IMG/VR virus record: IMGVR_UViG_3300016471_001132
Span: 32,001 to 96,000 of that record
Length of the DNA stretch: 64,000 bases
Direction: 5' to 3' (one strand)
Origin: a virus
Within the stretch, counting starts at the first letter, position 1, and each line of letters begins with the position of its first letter. The notes under the pieces are model-generated. The model was not told the origin of the DNA and ran no database searches. It saw nothing but the letters and a program-made list of their open reading frames with translations. Position numbers and translations under genes: made by a program. This document shows positions 8,987-18,286 of the stretch, one piece after another.

Positions 8987-11386
8987 TTATCTCCTCAACT
9001 GATACTGTTGATCTATCATGTCTTGGTGCATCCTATCGCTGGCTCCGTTGAGTTGACGTAGCAGGCTGCGATTGTCCACATTGTCTTTGTTGTATTGCCG
9101 TGCCATGGCTCTGGCGTTGATGTCGGGCACTATGGCATTGTTGTAGCTGTCAAATCCCGGAGTATAGTTCATGAGTCCCAGGACCACTGCTTGGCTGGCA
9201 GTCTGGGCTTCGATGGTGGCGGCCCGTGATATGTCATTGGCCAGCTCTCGGGCTTTTTCTGTGGCAGCCTTCTTTACTGCTTCTCGTCGTTGGGCCTGTG
9301 AGTTGGTGTCGGACTTTTTGTCTGATTTGGCATCGGATGACGAGGTTTTCTCTTTTGAGTCTCCGGATGTTTCCTTGGTGTCCTTTTTAGTATCAGCACT
9401 GGCTGTCTCCCGTTTCTCCACTGTATTTACTACGGCCTCTACAGCGGCAGCCGTCTGCTTTTGTTCGGCCTGTGCTGCCTGTGTTTGTTGCTGTGTGGGC
9501 GCTGCCGCAGGTGTGGGCTGCTGGGGTTGAATGTCTCGGTTGTCGGAACCACCAGTGGTCTTGACCACAGCAGTGGGATCAGCGGCATCGCTTTTGGTAG
9601 TCAGTACCGAGTTCACTGTGCTGTCTGACACCAAGGCCACTGTAGTGTTTATAGTGCCGTTGGATTTGATGTCTATGGCGGGTTCAGAAGTAGATGCTGT
9701 GGCAGTAGATGATGTAGAGGTCGTGGAATAGTTGGGACACAATGTATTGCTCTGGCTGTTGGTGCTGCAGGCCGCCAGCGTGGTCTGATAACTAGGGCAA
9801 TAGGTGTACAACAGTTGATTCACTGAGCATTCTGCTGATGCTGTCTGATAGGCAGGACAATAGGTATGGCTCAAGGGATTGGCTGAACATTGTTCCACTG
9901 CTGCAGTATATCCAGTACAACCTGAATCATAGAAAGGGTTGAGGCTGCACTGCTGGCTGTAGTAGGCCTGGGCGTAACCGGGACAGGTCACAGCATACAA
10001 GGAATTGATGCTGCACTGCTGGGCATGATAGGCAACAGCATAGCCAGGACAGGTGCTGTCATAGAGAGCATTGATCGAGCACTGCTGATTGAAATAGGCT
10101 TGAGCATAACCAGGACAATTGGGAGAAAACAAAGGATTCTGGGCACACACATCCGTGGTCTCTGTGCCTGAGAATGTGTAGGCAGTACCGGCAGTGGCAG
10201 TCATAGTAGCGGCTGGTCCAAAATGTTTCTGATAGTATTGACCCTGGCTGATGTCACCGGCGATACCGATCAAAGGTGTTGCGTTGGCCGACAGATTGAT
10301 TTGGCTGTAGTTGATGCCGATGTAGCCGGAATCTTTGATGTTGACGCTGAAGGTGTTTTCGTTGTTGGTGCCGATCTCATTCACACGATTCCAAGTGTAT
10401 TTGATGCCAGTGCCAGCATCAGTCTGCTCTGTGTAGAAAGTGCTGTTGGCACCGGGGATGAGATCTGTGTTGAGTGCATAGATGGCATAACGCCAGGGAG
10501 AGTTAGGCGATAATACTTGACCGTTGAGATCAGTTCCTGAACAACAGAAACCACCAGGGTTGGGATCCAAGAAGCCCACTACACCGTTGGTGTACATCAC
10601 CGATGTGGTGAACAGTTGACCGTAGAAGGGAAATATAAACGGCAAGTTCACTATGGCATAGCCATCGTCGCTCATGTTGTAGTAGGTCTTGTAACCTGGA
10701 CAGGAGGGATTGCTCTGTGGATTGGCCACGCAAGGATCCACTGGTGCTGCTGTATAGTTGAGCTGCAGACTGACATTACGCACCTGCGGGCCATAATAAC
10801 CGTTCCAAGAGCCAGCGTCACTGCCGGTGAATTCTACACCAAGCGTGCCAGCGTTGGCGATTTCCAAAGGTGTGGCCAAAGACTTGGTGCCACCATACCA
10901 GTTCCATTCGCTGGGCCCAGTGTAGGTGCGAGTGTCAGACAGTATCCTGGTACCTCCGGAGTTGGTCATGAATGTGGTGGCTGTGAGCACATCATTGTAG
11001 GCGGGTTGACCACCCAGACCGCCGTTCATGTTACGGACTTCATAACCCCAGTTGTAACCGTTGATTTGTACACCAGCATTTACTCCGGCCAAGGCTTGAT
11101 TGATGGCTATGACTTGTGCCACAGTGGTCTGGCCATAACTCCAGTGTATCTTGCCTGATTGACCATTGCTGCTACCCGATGTGTCCAAGAAGGGTGCCGA
11201 CCCTGAATAGGAAGTACAACATCCCCATAATTGCCCAGGCGGGGTACCATTGAGTTGGCTGTAACCCCCGATCCCAGTCCACACGCCCGTACCGGCGATG
11301 CCGGGCTGATTGGTGATCAGATTGGCAGTGGTGTCAGCCCAGGCTATGGAACTAACGAGTAGGAGCAGCGACAGCAGGCGACGCAC
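8987..11386 (-). CDS. Large exported protein with beta-sandwich/NIDO-like region and Cys-pair repeats
   Basis: Signal peptide MRRLLSLLLLVSSIAWA (GTG start); NLPFIFPFYG...YTNGVVGF; repeats C..N.LY...CPGY. Confidence 0.7.
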   Translation of the reverse strand: MRRLLSLLLLVSSIAWADTTANLITNQPGIAGTGVWTGIGGYSQLNGTPPGQLWGCCTSYSGSAPFLDTSGSSNGQSGKIHWSYGQTTVAQVIAINQALAGVNAGVQINGYNWGYEVRNMNGGLGGQPAYNDVLTATTFMTNSGGTRILSDTRTYTGPSEWNWYGGTKSLATPLEIANAGTLGVEFTGSDAGSWNGYYGPQVRNVSLQLNYTAAPVDPCVANPQSNPSCPGYKTYYNMSDDGYAIVNLPFIFPFYGQLFTTSVMYTNGVVGFLDPNPGGFCCSGTDLNGQVLSPNSPWRYAIYALNTDLIPGANSTFYTEQTDAGTGIKYTWNRVNEIGTNNENTFSVNIKDSGYIGINYSQINLSANATPLIGIAGDISQGQYYQKHFGPAATMTATAGTAYTFSGTETTDVCAQNPLFSPNCPGYAQAYFNQQCSINALYDSTCPGYAVAYHAQQCSINSLYAVTCPGYAQAYYSQQCSLNPFYDSGCTGYTAAVEQCSANPLSHTYCPAYQTASAECSVNQLLYTYCPSYQTTLAACSTNSQSNTLCPNYSTTSTSSTATASTSEPAIDIKSNGTINTTVALVSDSTVNSVLTTKSDAADPTAVVKTTGGSDNRDIQPQQPTPAAAPTQQQTQAAQAEQKQTAAAVEAVVNTVEKRETASADTKKDTKETSGDSKEKTSSSDAKSDKKSDTNSQAQRREAVKKAATEKARELANDISRAATIEAQTASQAVVLGLMNYTPGFDSYNNAIVPDINARAMARQYNKDNVDNRSLLRQLNGASDRMHQDMIDQQYQLRR
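9735..10152 (-). repeat. Tandem ~20-22-aa Cys-pair coding repeats (7 copies)
   Basis: CAQNPLFSPNCPGY / CSINALYDSTCPGY / CSINSLYAVTCPGY / CSLNPFYDSGCTGY / CSANPLSHTYCPAY / CSVNQLLYTYCPSY / CSTNSQSNTLCPNY. Confidence 0.85.
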
Positions 11387-11978
11387 AGCCCATCCGCTCC
11401 CTGACTAAAAGATCTTCACCACGATAATCACCGCAAGCGGCCTTGGCTCCGGGCCTGACATCCTCGGGTTTCTCTTCCCGCTTGGGCGGGTTGGGTATGT
11501 TGTAGAAACCTACATTTTCCTTCTGTGCAGAATCAGGTTTGACACCACGCTCGTCCCAGATGGCACGGGCTTCAGCACCGATCTTGCCTTCTACAGGACA
11601 GGGTGTACCAGCGTTGAGCATGGCAGTGAACACACGCTCGTCTTGGCAAAGTGTGGCAACAGCAGCCACTTTCATGCCCATGTCATAGAGATTCTTGCTG
11701 AGTTTCAAGCGTTCGCAGTTCTTGTCTACGAATGTAGATCCGATGGCTATGCCCAGGATCTGTGTCTGGGCAGCACCCGATACGCCCACAGCACACAGGT
11801 CATTGTTCATGCTCGTGACAGCAGGTGCCACAGCCGACGGTGGTGGCGATTTGACCGTGGTCTCGCTCTTGGAAGTGCTGTTGGAAGTTGAATTGGAAGT
11901 TGATTCCGTGACGATGGCCTGTGCCAACGCCGAACTGGCCACCAGGGCCAGGATACCGCTTATAATTATTTTTTTCAT
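11352..11978 (-). CDS. Exported Cys-containing protein
   Basis: Signal peptide MKKIIISGILALVASSALA; DLCAVGVSGA, NCERLKLSK, LCQDERV, PCP. Confidence 0.75.
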   Translation of the reverse strand: MKKIIISGILALVASSALAQAIVTESTSNSTSNSTSKSETTVKSPPPSAVAPAVTSMNNDLCAVGVSGAAQTQILGIAIGSTFVDKNCERLKLSKNLYDMGMKVAAVATLCQDERVFTAMLNAGTPCPVEGKIGAEARAIWDERGVKPDSAQKENVGFYNIPNPPKREEKPEDVRPGAKAACGDYRGEDLLVRERMGCASPAVAAPTR

Positions 11979-12068
11979 TTTACAGTCTAGCTCCTTAGGC
12001 TAACTCAAGTTTATTTACAAGGAACCGACTAGTAAGTTTTGTGCAGTGTTTTCTGTGTAAGAGTATTT

Positions 12069-12302
12069 TTACGCGATACTGCTGGCCACCATCACGGCCG
12101 ACACCAAAGCCGACTTGACATCGAGGTCGTCGGCTTCGCTGTCAAGGCGATCAGCACGCACGAGATCTTCCATGAGTTCTTTGTATTCGCTTGTAGATAT
12201 CTCACGAGCAGCATAGGATTCAGCCAGTTGCAGGGCCATCTGGGCACGCTGTTCTGCCCAAGGACGACCACAGGCCGCCAATTGTTGTAGTTGTTCAAAC
12301 AT
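12069..12302 (-). CDS. Hypothetical protein
   Basis: 77 aa, adjacent to the lipoprotein gene. Confidence 0.65.
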   Translation of the reverse strand: MFEQLQQLAACGRPWAEQRAQMALQLAESYAAREISTSEYKELMEDLVRADRLDSEADDLDVKSALVSAVMVASSIA

Positions 12303-12692
12303 TTACCATCTCCCTAAGACAGAACCAGCGGCTCTGTCTATCTGTCCTACGAGAACTTTCTTCTTGATCTCGCAATAGGTCCGTGACCCTTCTTGGGTGG
12401 CAGATCTCTTGGCCCAATCAACAGCCGTCTGCTCCATGGGTTCTACTAATTTTAATACATCTTGTTGGCTACGGCCCTTGCTGTCGGAATACAGTCGGAA
12501 CCATTGTATGTCCTGGACGATGGCATCGGCCTGGGCGGCCTGTGCTTTCGTACAGTCTATGTTGTGTATCTTTTGCCGCACATCAATGATTTTCGCACTC
12601 TGATTGTCGTCCCAGAAACTGGGAATATATTTGTACATGTTGGCACAACCAGTCAAGGTCATGACCATAGCTATGACGAGTATCTTTTTCAT
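12303..12692 (-). CDS. Lipoprotein
   Basis: Lipobox LTGC after MKKILVIAMVMT. Confidence 0.75.
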   Translation of the reverse strand: MKKILVIAMVMTLTGCANMYKYIPSFWDDNQSAKIIDVRQKIHNIDCTKAQAAQADAIVQDIQWFRLYSDSKGRSQQDVLKLVEPMEQTAVDWAKRSATQEGSRTYCEIKKKVLVGQIDRAAGSVLGRW

Positions 12693-12713
12693 TTTTTCTT
12701 TTTTCCTATAATC

Positions 12714-13373
12714 CTACTTATCATACGGAAGGAATCTAAATCCCATCTCAAATGGTGTTTTTCCAATGTGTTTCTCTTCGAGATACGCTTTGCTTCTACA
12801 TACGCTCAAAAGATTTATTGGAACATGATTGTTAGTAGTACAGAGTTTTATGATATAGTTGCCAGTGATCGATACTGGACAATGCTTGGCCGCTAATCTC
12901 GATGATTCATATTGTCCCCACGGCGTGAGAAAGTATCCACGAGCATTGGGATTATTTCTCCCCGTCTTTGATTGAGAATATCTCTGTTTGGCCAGTTCGC
13001 TGCGAGGAGGTTGTTGGCAACCTTTTTTCTTCTGGCTCACTATCTGTGCTAACTCTTGCCGTAGTTTTTCATAAAAACGAGATTGTTTGATGACATTGTG
13101 TCTATCTGCTTTGCCTCGACCTGTAAGATAGAACACAGACATCACCATCTTTTTACGGGCTTCATTTGTGGTCATACGGGTAAGCAAGAGATGGCAAACA
13201 AAGTGTTCTCTGGCTGTGAGATCTACAAGATTGGATGGACTATTATCGCCGCCTAAACTGCGAGGGATGATGTGATGTCGTTCAGTATAGCCTGCGATGG
13301 TTCTTGATCTTGCTCGATCAACGATGTTATTATACCAACGGCTGTATTTGTTTTGTAAATACACGGCTGACAT
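12714..13373 (-). mobile_element. Free-standing HNH homing endonuclease
   Basis: YTERHHIIPRSLGGDNSPSNLVDLTAREHFVCHLLL; basic C-terminal DNA-binding region. Confidence 0.88.
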
Positions 13374-13424
13374 GGTCCTTTCATGTTAGAGTGGGTGGAG
13401 GTTGCCGCCTCGCGACCCGCACTA

Positions 13425-13802
13425 TTACTTATCGCGGAACAAGCGATTTATCCGAGCGATAGGATCTTCTTCCGCAGTTTCTTCCAAGGCGGCTTCCGAC
13501 TTGAAATATTTTTTGCCGAGAGATACCACATGGTCATCGTTGGCTCTTCGGATGGCTTCCATGCTGTTTTCAGCCGAAGCAATATAGTCATAAACTTCTT
13601 GTTTGAATTTGGGGAAGTTGGGATGCCCTTCCATCTTTGTACCTGGTGATTTTTGATTCAACTGCCTGATGGTGGAAGCAGCGACCTCTTTTGGAGTAGT
13701 GCCTGCGTTGACACGATTTTTCAAGAATGAACCGATGATACCTTCCGCCACACCTTGCTCGGCGGATTCGATAAGATTGATGTATTCGCGAAGTGTTTTC
13801 AT
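13425..13802 (-). CDS. Tagged hypothetical protein
   Basis: Starts MKTLREYINLIESAEQGVAEG; TAAATA upstream. Confidence 0.75.
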   Translation of the reverse strand: MKTLREYINLIESAEQGVAEGIIGSFLKNRVNAGTTPKEVAASTIRQLNQKSPGTKMEGHPNFPKFKQEVYDYIASAENSMEAIRRANDDHVVSLGKKYFKSEAALEETAEEDPIARINRLFRDK

Positions 13803-13808
13803 AGTCTA

Positions 13809-15596
13809 TTATTTATCCTTCCTTGCTTTGCCACGCCGCATGTTGAGTTGCCATTGTGCCATCCTGCGACGCTCGCCTGTGCTGCTCTTGGCTATCTTTT
13901 CCAGTTGGCCCAGCGTGGCTTTCTTGGGTATGCCCACTCTGCGACTCAGACCCTTGCGGCCAGGTTTCTTGCCATCTGCGAAATTTTCATCCAATGATTG
14001 TTTTTTAGCATAACGATTGGCCCAATTTGTATAACCATTGAAAGTATCAAAGGTTCCTTGACGATCTCGTAAGAATCGTTGTTCGGGCTTGGGTATTTTC
14101 CACACAGCAATGGGTTTCATCACGCCATAGTTAACAACATTCATATATCTTTGCATGAGATATTGTAGTGTCTGTGGTTTAAGTTTACTGATCAACCATT
14201 TGCCAGCCATGGCTATGGTTTCAAAACTTACATTGGGTTTAGATAACTCTGCTTTAAGATCCTCGGGTATGCCTTGAATCAATGCCGACAAGTTAAGCGG
14301 AAGATTTTTTGCCTTAACAAATTTTTCTAGCAGTCTTCCTAATTCATCCTCATCTGGCGATGTTTGTGAAAGACTCTTACCTGAAAATTCAAACACATAA
14401 CCATAGGGTTCTTGTTTGATATAATCAGCATATTGTTCATCTGGAACATCGCTCATAAAACTATATCTCACAGCGTTGCCAAACTCTTTTGACAGATACA
14501 CTCCTGGCAACGGAGAAAAGTTTTTACTTCCTTTGTATTTTTGTGCAATTAGTTCGGGATCAAACTTCAACCCATTTCTCATGATTCCTTGAGCATTGCT
14601 CAAACTAGGAGTTCCGTGATAAAGTGTAGAGGATTGGACCGAAATTGGTGGGGGTGCCATTTCTTTGACCCGACCATCGGCGAAGTTTTCGCCCATTTCT
14701 GCCTCCCAGACCTCCTTGCCTTTCCAGTGCCGGCGGCCCGCATCAGTCTGATTAGCGTTGGGCACGATCCGGCCCAGTTGAGACTTGGCGAAATCATACA
14801 TCACACGGGCGATGCCTTGGCCACGATAGCGTTCATCCACCTGGAGTTCTTCGCCTTCCCAACCATGACCAGTGTCAGTGAAGTAACCGCTGCCTAACTC
14901 GCGTTCGCCCGTGCCATCCATGGCAGTGACATACAGGGTTTTACCATCATCAGAATATTCGTACTGGATGTTGAGACCATCTTGGCTGGCTCGGGCTTCC
15001 GCAACCACAGGCTCGTCCATGAAATCGCTCAAGGGATCCACTATCACGAGTTGTCCGTTGGCACGCTGCATGATGTTGGCCACATTGCCGAGATCGTACT
15101 CATATTTGTCTGCTCGGCCACTGCCATACAGTTGATCCACGGCCTGGACCAAGCCATCCACTTGTTGTGCTGTCAGTCCTGCGGGCACCTGATCCAAGTC
15201 GGGATATTCACCGCGACCCATCTTGGCCATGGCCTGTTCCAGATAGTCTAGTACTGCTTGGTCACCGGGCAAGGAATACAGTCGTTCTTGTGTGTACATA
15301 TAGTAGGTTTTGCCGTTCCAACGCAGGGTCTTGTCTACACCCACTCGGGGAAAGTGTGGATTGCGTTGATGCTCACGGAAGAAGTTGACATATCTACGCA
15401 CCACATCTTGTCTCACATCGCTGCCCTGTCCCACTATCTTCAACACGGTGCGGCTGCCGGGCTTGGACATCACGATCTGATCGCGACCTTCGCCGTCGAT
15501 CTCCCAGCCCCGATCGGTGAATCTTTCGATGAGATCAGGATCCACCGTGAGTTCACCGGCGGCATTGACTTCGGAGATGAAATCTCGGGCTCTCAT
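13809..15596 (-). CDS. Polyprotein: Ser/Thr kinase-like + GNAT acetyltransferase + ADP-ribosyltransferase + basic module
   Basis: Start MRARDFISE (ATGA overlap at 15593-15596); VLK..HFPRV..YDLGNVANIM..IVDP; LQVDERYRGQGIA; LYHGT..GL..GVYLS....AVRY..DEDE; ends ENFADGKKPGRKGL. Confidence 0.8.
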   Translation of the reverse strand: MRARDFISEVNAAGELTVDPDLIERFTDRGWEIDGEGRDQIVMSKPGSRTVLKIVGQGSDVRQDVVRRYVNFFREHQRNPHFPRVGVDKTLRWNGKTYYMYTQERLYSLPGDQAVLDYLEQAMAKMGRGEYPDLDQVPAGLTAQQVDGLVQAVDQLYGSGRADKYEYDLGNVANIMQRANGQLVIVDPLSDFMDEPVVAEARASQDGLNIQYEYSDDGKTLYVTAMDGTGERELGSGYFTDTGHGWEGEELQVDERYRGQGIARVMYDFAKSQLGRIVPNANQTDAGRRHWKGKEVWEAEMGENFADGRVKEMAPPPISVQSSTLYHGTPSLSNAQGIMRNGLKFDPELIAQKYKGSKNFSPLPGVYLSKEFGNAVRYSFMSDVPDEQYADYIKQEPYGYVFEFSGKSLSQTSPDEDELGRLLEKFVKAKNLPLNLSALIQGIPEDLKAELSKPNVSFETIAMAGKWLISKLKPQTLQYLMQRYMNVVNYGVMKPIAVWKIPKPEQRFLRDRQGTFDTFNGYTNWANRYAKKQSLDENFADGKKPGRKGLSRRVGIPKKATLGQLEKIAKSSTGERRRMAQWQLNMRRGKARKDK

Positions 15597-17047
15597 GCGG
15601 CCGCTCCGATCCAGGCGTTGATCTTGAATCCTTCGGGATTCAGCCGGAAAGCAGCCATAGTCCTGTGCCAACCTTCCACCAGTTCTAATCCGTTGGGGTG
15701 TTGCAACATGATCACTGGGGGGAGATTCTCCATGCCCTTGGCCTTGACTAATTCTATGGCCTGCTCCAAGCGTTCACGATCTCTGGGTATCATGAAGGGA
15801 TTTTTATTGCCAAAGTCTCGTTTGATCTTCATGCGATATCTAGTAGTAGGATCCAGCATATCGAAAGTCAAAGGCATCCGCTGCACCAACCGCCATTGAT
15901 CCGCCATGGTAGCCAACTCACGCACATGATCCAGTTTCAGTTCGAGATCCTGTGGTGACTTGATCTTGGATATCACCATATCTTTTAGCACATAGTCGGG
16001 CCAACCTGGTAATTCATCTCGCAGGATGTCCATGACACCACGCTGCACTTCTGTGATACCTGATCGCTTGCGTTCCCAAACAAATACGGTCATGTCTCCG
16101 GGCACGATCGTCAACTGCCACTGATCGCCCAGGATGTCTTGGATCACTGGCACGAAATATCGCTTGTACAGCTCGATGCGGCTGGCACCTTTGGCTGTAA
16201 ATGTGACCCGGGGTGGGCGTGCTGACTTCATGTACTGGGGTAACTGTTCGCGGACGATGTTCAGCACAGTGCTGAGGATGCGTATCACCGATCCACTGGC
16301 CTTTGTGGGCCGGGGTGGTGCTTCGTAGTTTTGATTCACTGTGAATGTGATCTGTAGGCTGTCATTGATAGGGCTGCGGTCAAAGAACACATCCACCCAT
16401 TGGCTGTCTACTGTGGCATGAAACAGGCTACGCCGCCTGCGACGATTGGGCTCATACTCGCTGGGTGAGTCACCTATCTCGTTCAGCGTACCCCTCACAC
16501 GATCAAAGAATGTGGGGTTGGGTGCACCCTTGACCTCGCCATGTCGTTTATGTTGTCCAGCATAGTCATAATAGCGACCCACCACATCAAACGCAGGCTC
16601 AAAGAACACTGCTTGTGGTGTGAGCCCACCTTTGAGTATGCCCACACGACGCTTGCCTGGGGGTGCGTCTCGGACCTCTCGAGGATCTCTATGCCCGATG
16701 GGCTGTAACCAAGCATCGGGTCGTTTCTTGACCAACCACACATAGGGAAAGTCCATGGCATATTCGCCCTGTGACATCATGCTGAGATAGGTTCGCAAGG
16801 GATAGAACCACAAAGCCCTGCGGCCACCTCCACGACTGCTTGTACCTATGCTCGAGACTGAGAAACTGGGATCATCGATTTCCACATGCCGCTTGAACTT
16901 CTGCCGATCGCTGAAACCTATTTTATCTACTTCGGTGAAACGCACGAAGTAGTCCCGGGGATCACCACCGTGTTGACGCACGGCATCCTGTATCTGTCCA
17001 CGGATGCTGGCCGCCTTACGCTCGGTGATGAATTCCTGTGCTCGCAT
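15593..17047 (-). CDS. Tagged multi-domain protein with C-terminal ParB/Srx-like domain
   Basis: Starts MRAQEFITE; C-terminal LPPVIML..GLELVEGWHRTMAA; two unassigned N-terminal domains. Confidence 0.7.
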   Translation of the reverse strand: MRAQEFITERKAASIRGQIQDAVRQHGGDPRDYFVRFTEVDKIGFSDRQKFKRHVEIDDPSFSVSSIGTSSRGGGRRALWFYPLRTYLSMMSQGEYAMDFPYVWLVKKRPDAWLQPIGHRDPREVRDAPPGKRRVGILKGGLTPQAVFFEPAFDVVGRYYDYAGQHKRHGEVKGAPNPTFFDRVRGTLNEIGDSPSEYEPNRRRRRSLFHATVDSQWVDVFFDRSPINDSLQITFTVNQNYEAPPRPTKASGSVIRILSTVLNIVREQLPQYMKSARPPRVTFTAKGASRIELYKRYFVPVIQDILGDQWQLTIVPGDMTVFVWERKRSGITEVQRGVMDILRDELPGWPDYVLKDMVISKIKSPQDLELKLDHVRELATMADQWRLVQRMPLTFDMLDPTTRYRMKIKRDFGNKNPFMIPRDRERLEQAIELVKAKGMENLPPVIMLQHPNGLELVEGWHRTMAAFRLNPEGFKINAWIGAAA

Positions 17048-17101
17048 ATCAGTTATGTATAGGTCCGCCTTTCACCAACCTCTTCACCCCGGGTTGCTCT
17101 A

Positions 17102-17785
17102 TCACGAGTTAATCTGGTTCTGTACAATAAGGTCATGTGTTCTTTGGTTTAATTTAACTGTAAGAATCATAGAATAAACATGATTAGTAAAACTAAAAAC
17201 AGAATGTTCTCTTTGAAAGTTAACAAAATAAAAATATCCCGGATCAAAGTATGTAGGAACTCCCCCTAACATTTGAACAAAGTTTTCAGGTTTGCATTTT
17301 CCAAATACTGTAATTAATCTAATATATTCCGGACAAGCACCTACAAAGTCAACGTGTGGCGGAAAGTATCCGCCAGCGTCTAATTTTAGAAAATGTACTC
17401 TACCTATGTCAGGCTGAAACATATCAACTACGGGTTGTATCTGCGGCAATGCGTGATATACCTGCGTAGGTGTTGCAAAGTTCTCTTCCTTCATCTCAAT
17501 GTTGTGGTATTGTTGCATACCCCCAAAACTCTTAAGATGATAGTTATCCATTACATCTCCTGTATGACTAGTTATTGGGAGTCCCCATCTGGTACTATGT
17601 GTGTCTTCATTTTGACCTGGGGGCCGCTGTCCCCAGGACGGACTGTAAGGGCACCAGTTATTTTCAAATTGTGCAAGATCCTTTTCTAACTTAATGGGAT
17701 TAACAAACATTTTTAATTTAAAATATTCTCCCATATTAGCAAGGCTGTTGAACAACATGCCTCTTTCAAGCTCTTCGTATGTCAT
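17102..17785 (-). CDS. 2OG-Fe(II) oxygenase (Asp/Asn beta-hydroxylase-like)
   Basis: RVHFLKLDAGGYFPPHVD (HxD) ... REHSVF; locally AT-rich. Confidence 0.75.
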   Translation of the reverse strand: MTYEELERGMLFNSLANMGEYFKLKMFVNPIKLEKDLAQFENNWCPYSPSWGQRPPGQNEDTHSTRWGLPITSHTGDVMDNYHLKSFGGMQQYHNIEMKEENFATPTQVYHALPQIQPVVDMFQPDIGRVHFLKLDAGGYFPPHVDFVGACPEYIRLITVFGKCKPENFVQMLGGVPTYFDPGYFYFVNFQREHSVFSFTNHVYSMILTVKLNQRTHDLIVQNQINS

Positions 17786-17799
17786 TTAACTCTCTCTGA

Positions 17800-17867
17800 T
17801 AATATCTCATTAATTCTCATCTCTTCCAAACTTTGTTCTTGTAGGCCAGGAACTGCTTGAATTGTTC
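17800..17867. repeat. 68-bp direct repeat, copy A
   Basis: 62/68 identical to 18737-18804 by manual alignment. Confidence 0.9.
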
Positions 17868-17874
17868 TCGCATG

Positions 17875-18285
17875 CTAATCCTTGGAGACAGGTCCGCCTT
17901 CGACCCAAGCATCACAGGTGCGCTTGGCAGCACACTTGAATTTCAGGAACTTGCAGTAGCCCAACTGTCCAGCGTCGATGGTGTCGTGGGGATCACTTCC
18001 AGGTTCACTGCCGATGCCCTTGGCTATGCAATCCAGCATGTCGGGGCTGATGTCAAAGGCCGCACAGTTGCCGCAGCGATTCTGTTTCACTGATTCGATA
18101 TCGTCGGTGTTCCACTTGTCGGCCAACTTCTGCCAGTATTCTTCGTTGGGTTCGTTGGGATTGAGAGGACCATAATGATATTCGTCTATGGCCTTCTGGC
18201 GATTCTCCAGATTGAGATCGATGTTCTGCGTGGCGGGTGGGCAGCCTTTTTCGATGGCTTCCAATAGGTTGATTATGTCTCTCAT
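17875..18285 (-). CDS. Tagged Cys-rich protein (HiPIP-like 4-Cys pattern)
   Basis: Starts MRDIINLLE; RCGNCAAF...GYC......CAAKRTCDAW. Confidence 0.65.
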   Translation of the reverse strand: MRDIINLLEAIEKGCPPATQNIDLNLENRQKAIDEYHYGPLNPNEPNEEYWQKLADKWNTDDIESVKQNRCGNCAAFDISPDMLDCIAKGIGSEPGSDPHDTIDAGQLGYCKFLKFKCAAKRTCDAWVEGGPVSKD

Positions 18286-18286
18286 G

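Noticed and set aside
15597-15671. Longer N-terminal extensions in the ORF track (also 18519, 60330, 58737, 38332, 43142, 63113, 2201)
   Set aside because: They overlap upstream genes; internal ATGs with ATGA coupling, an RBS or a TAAATA motif give better starts.
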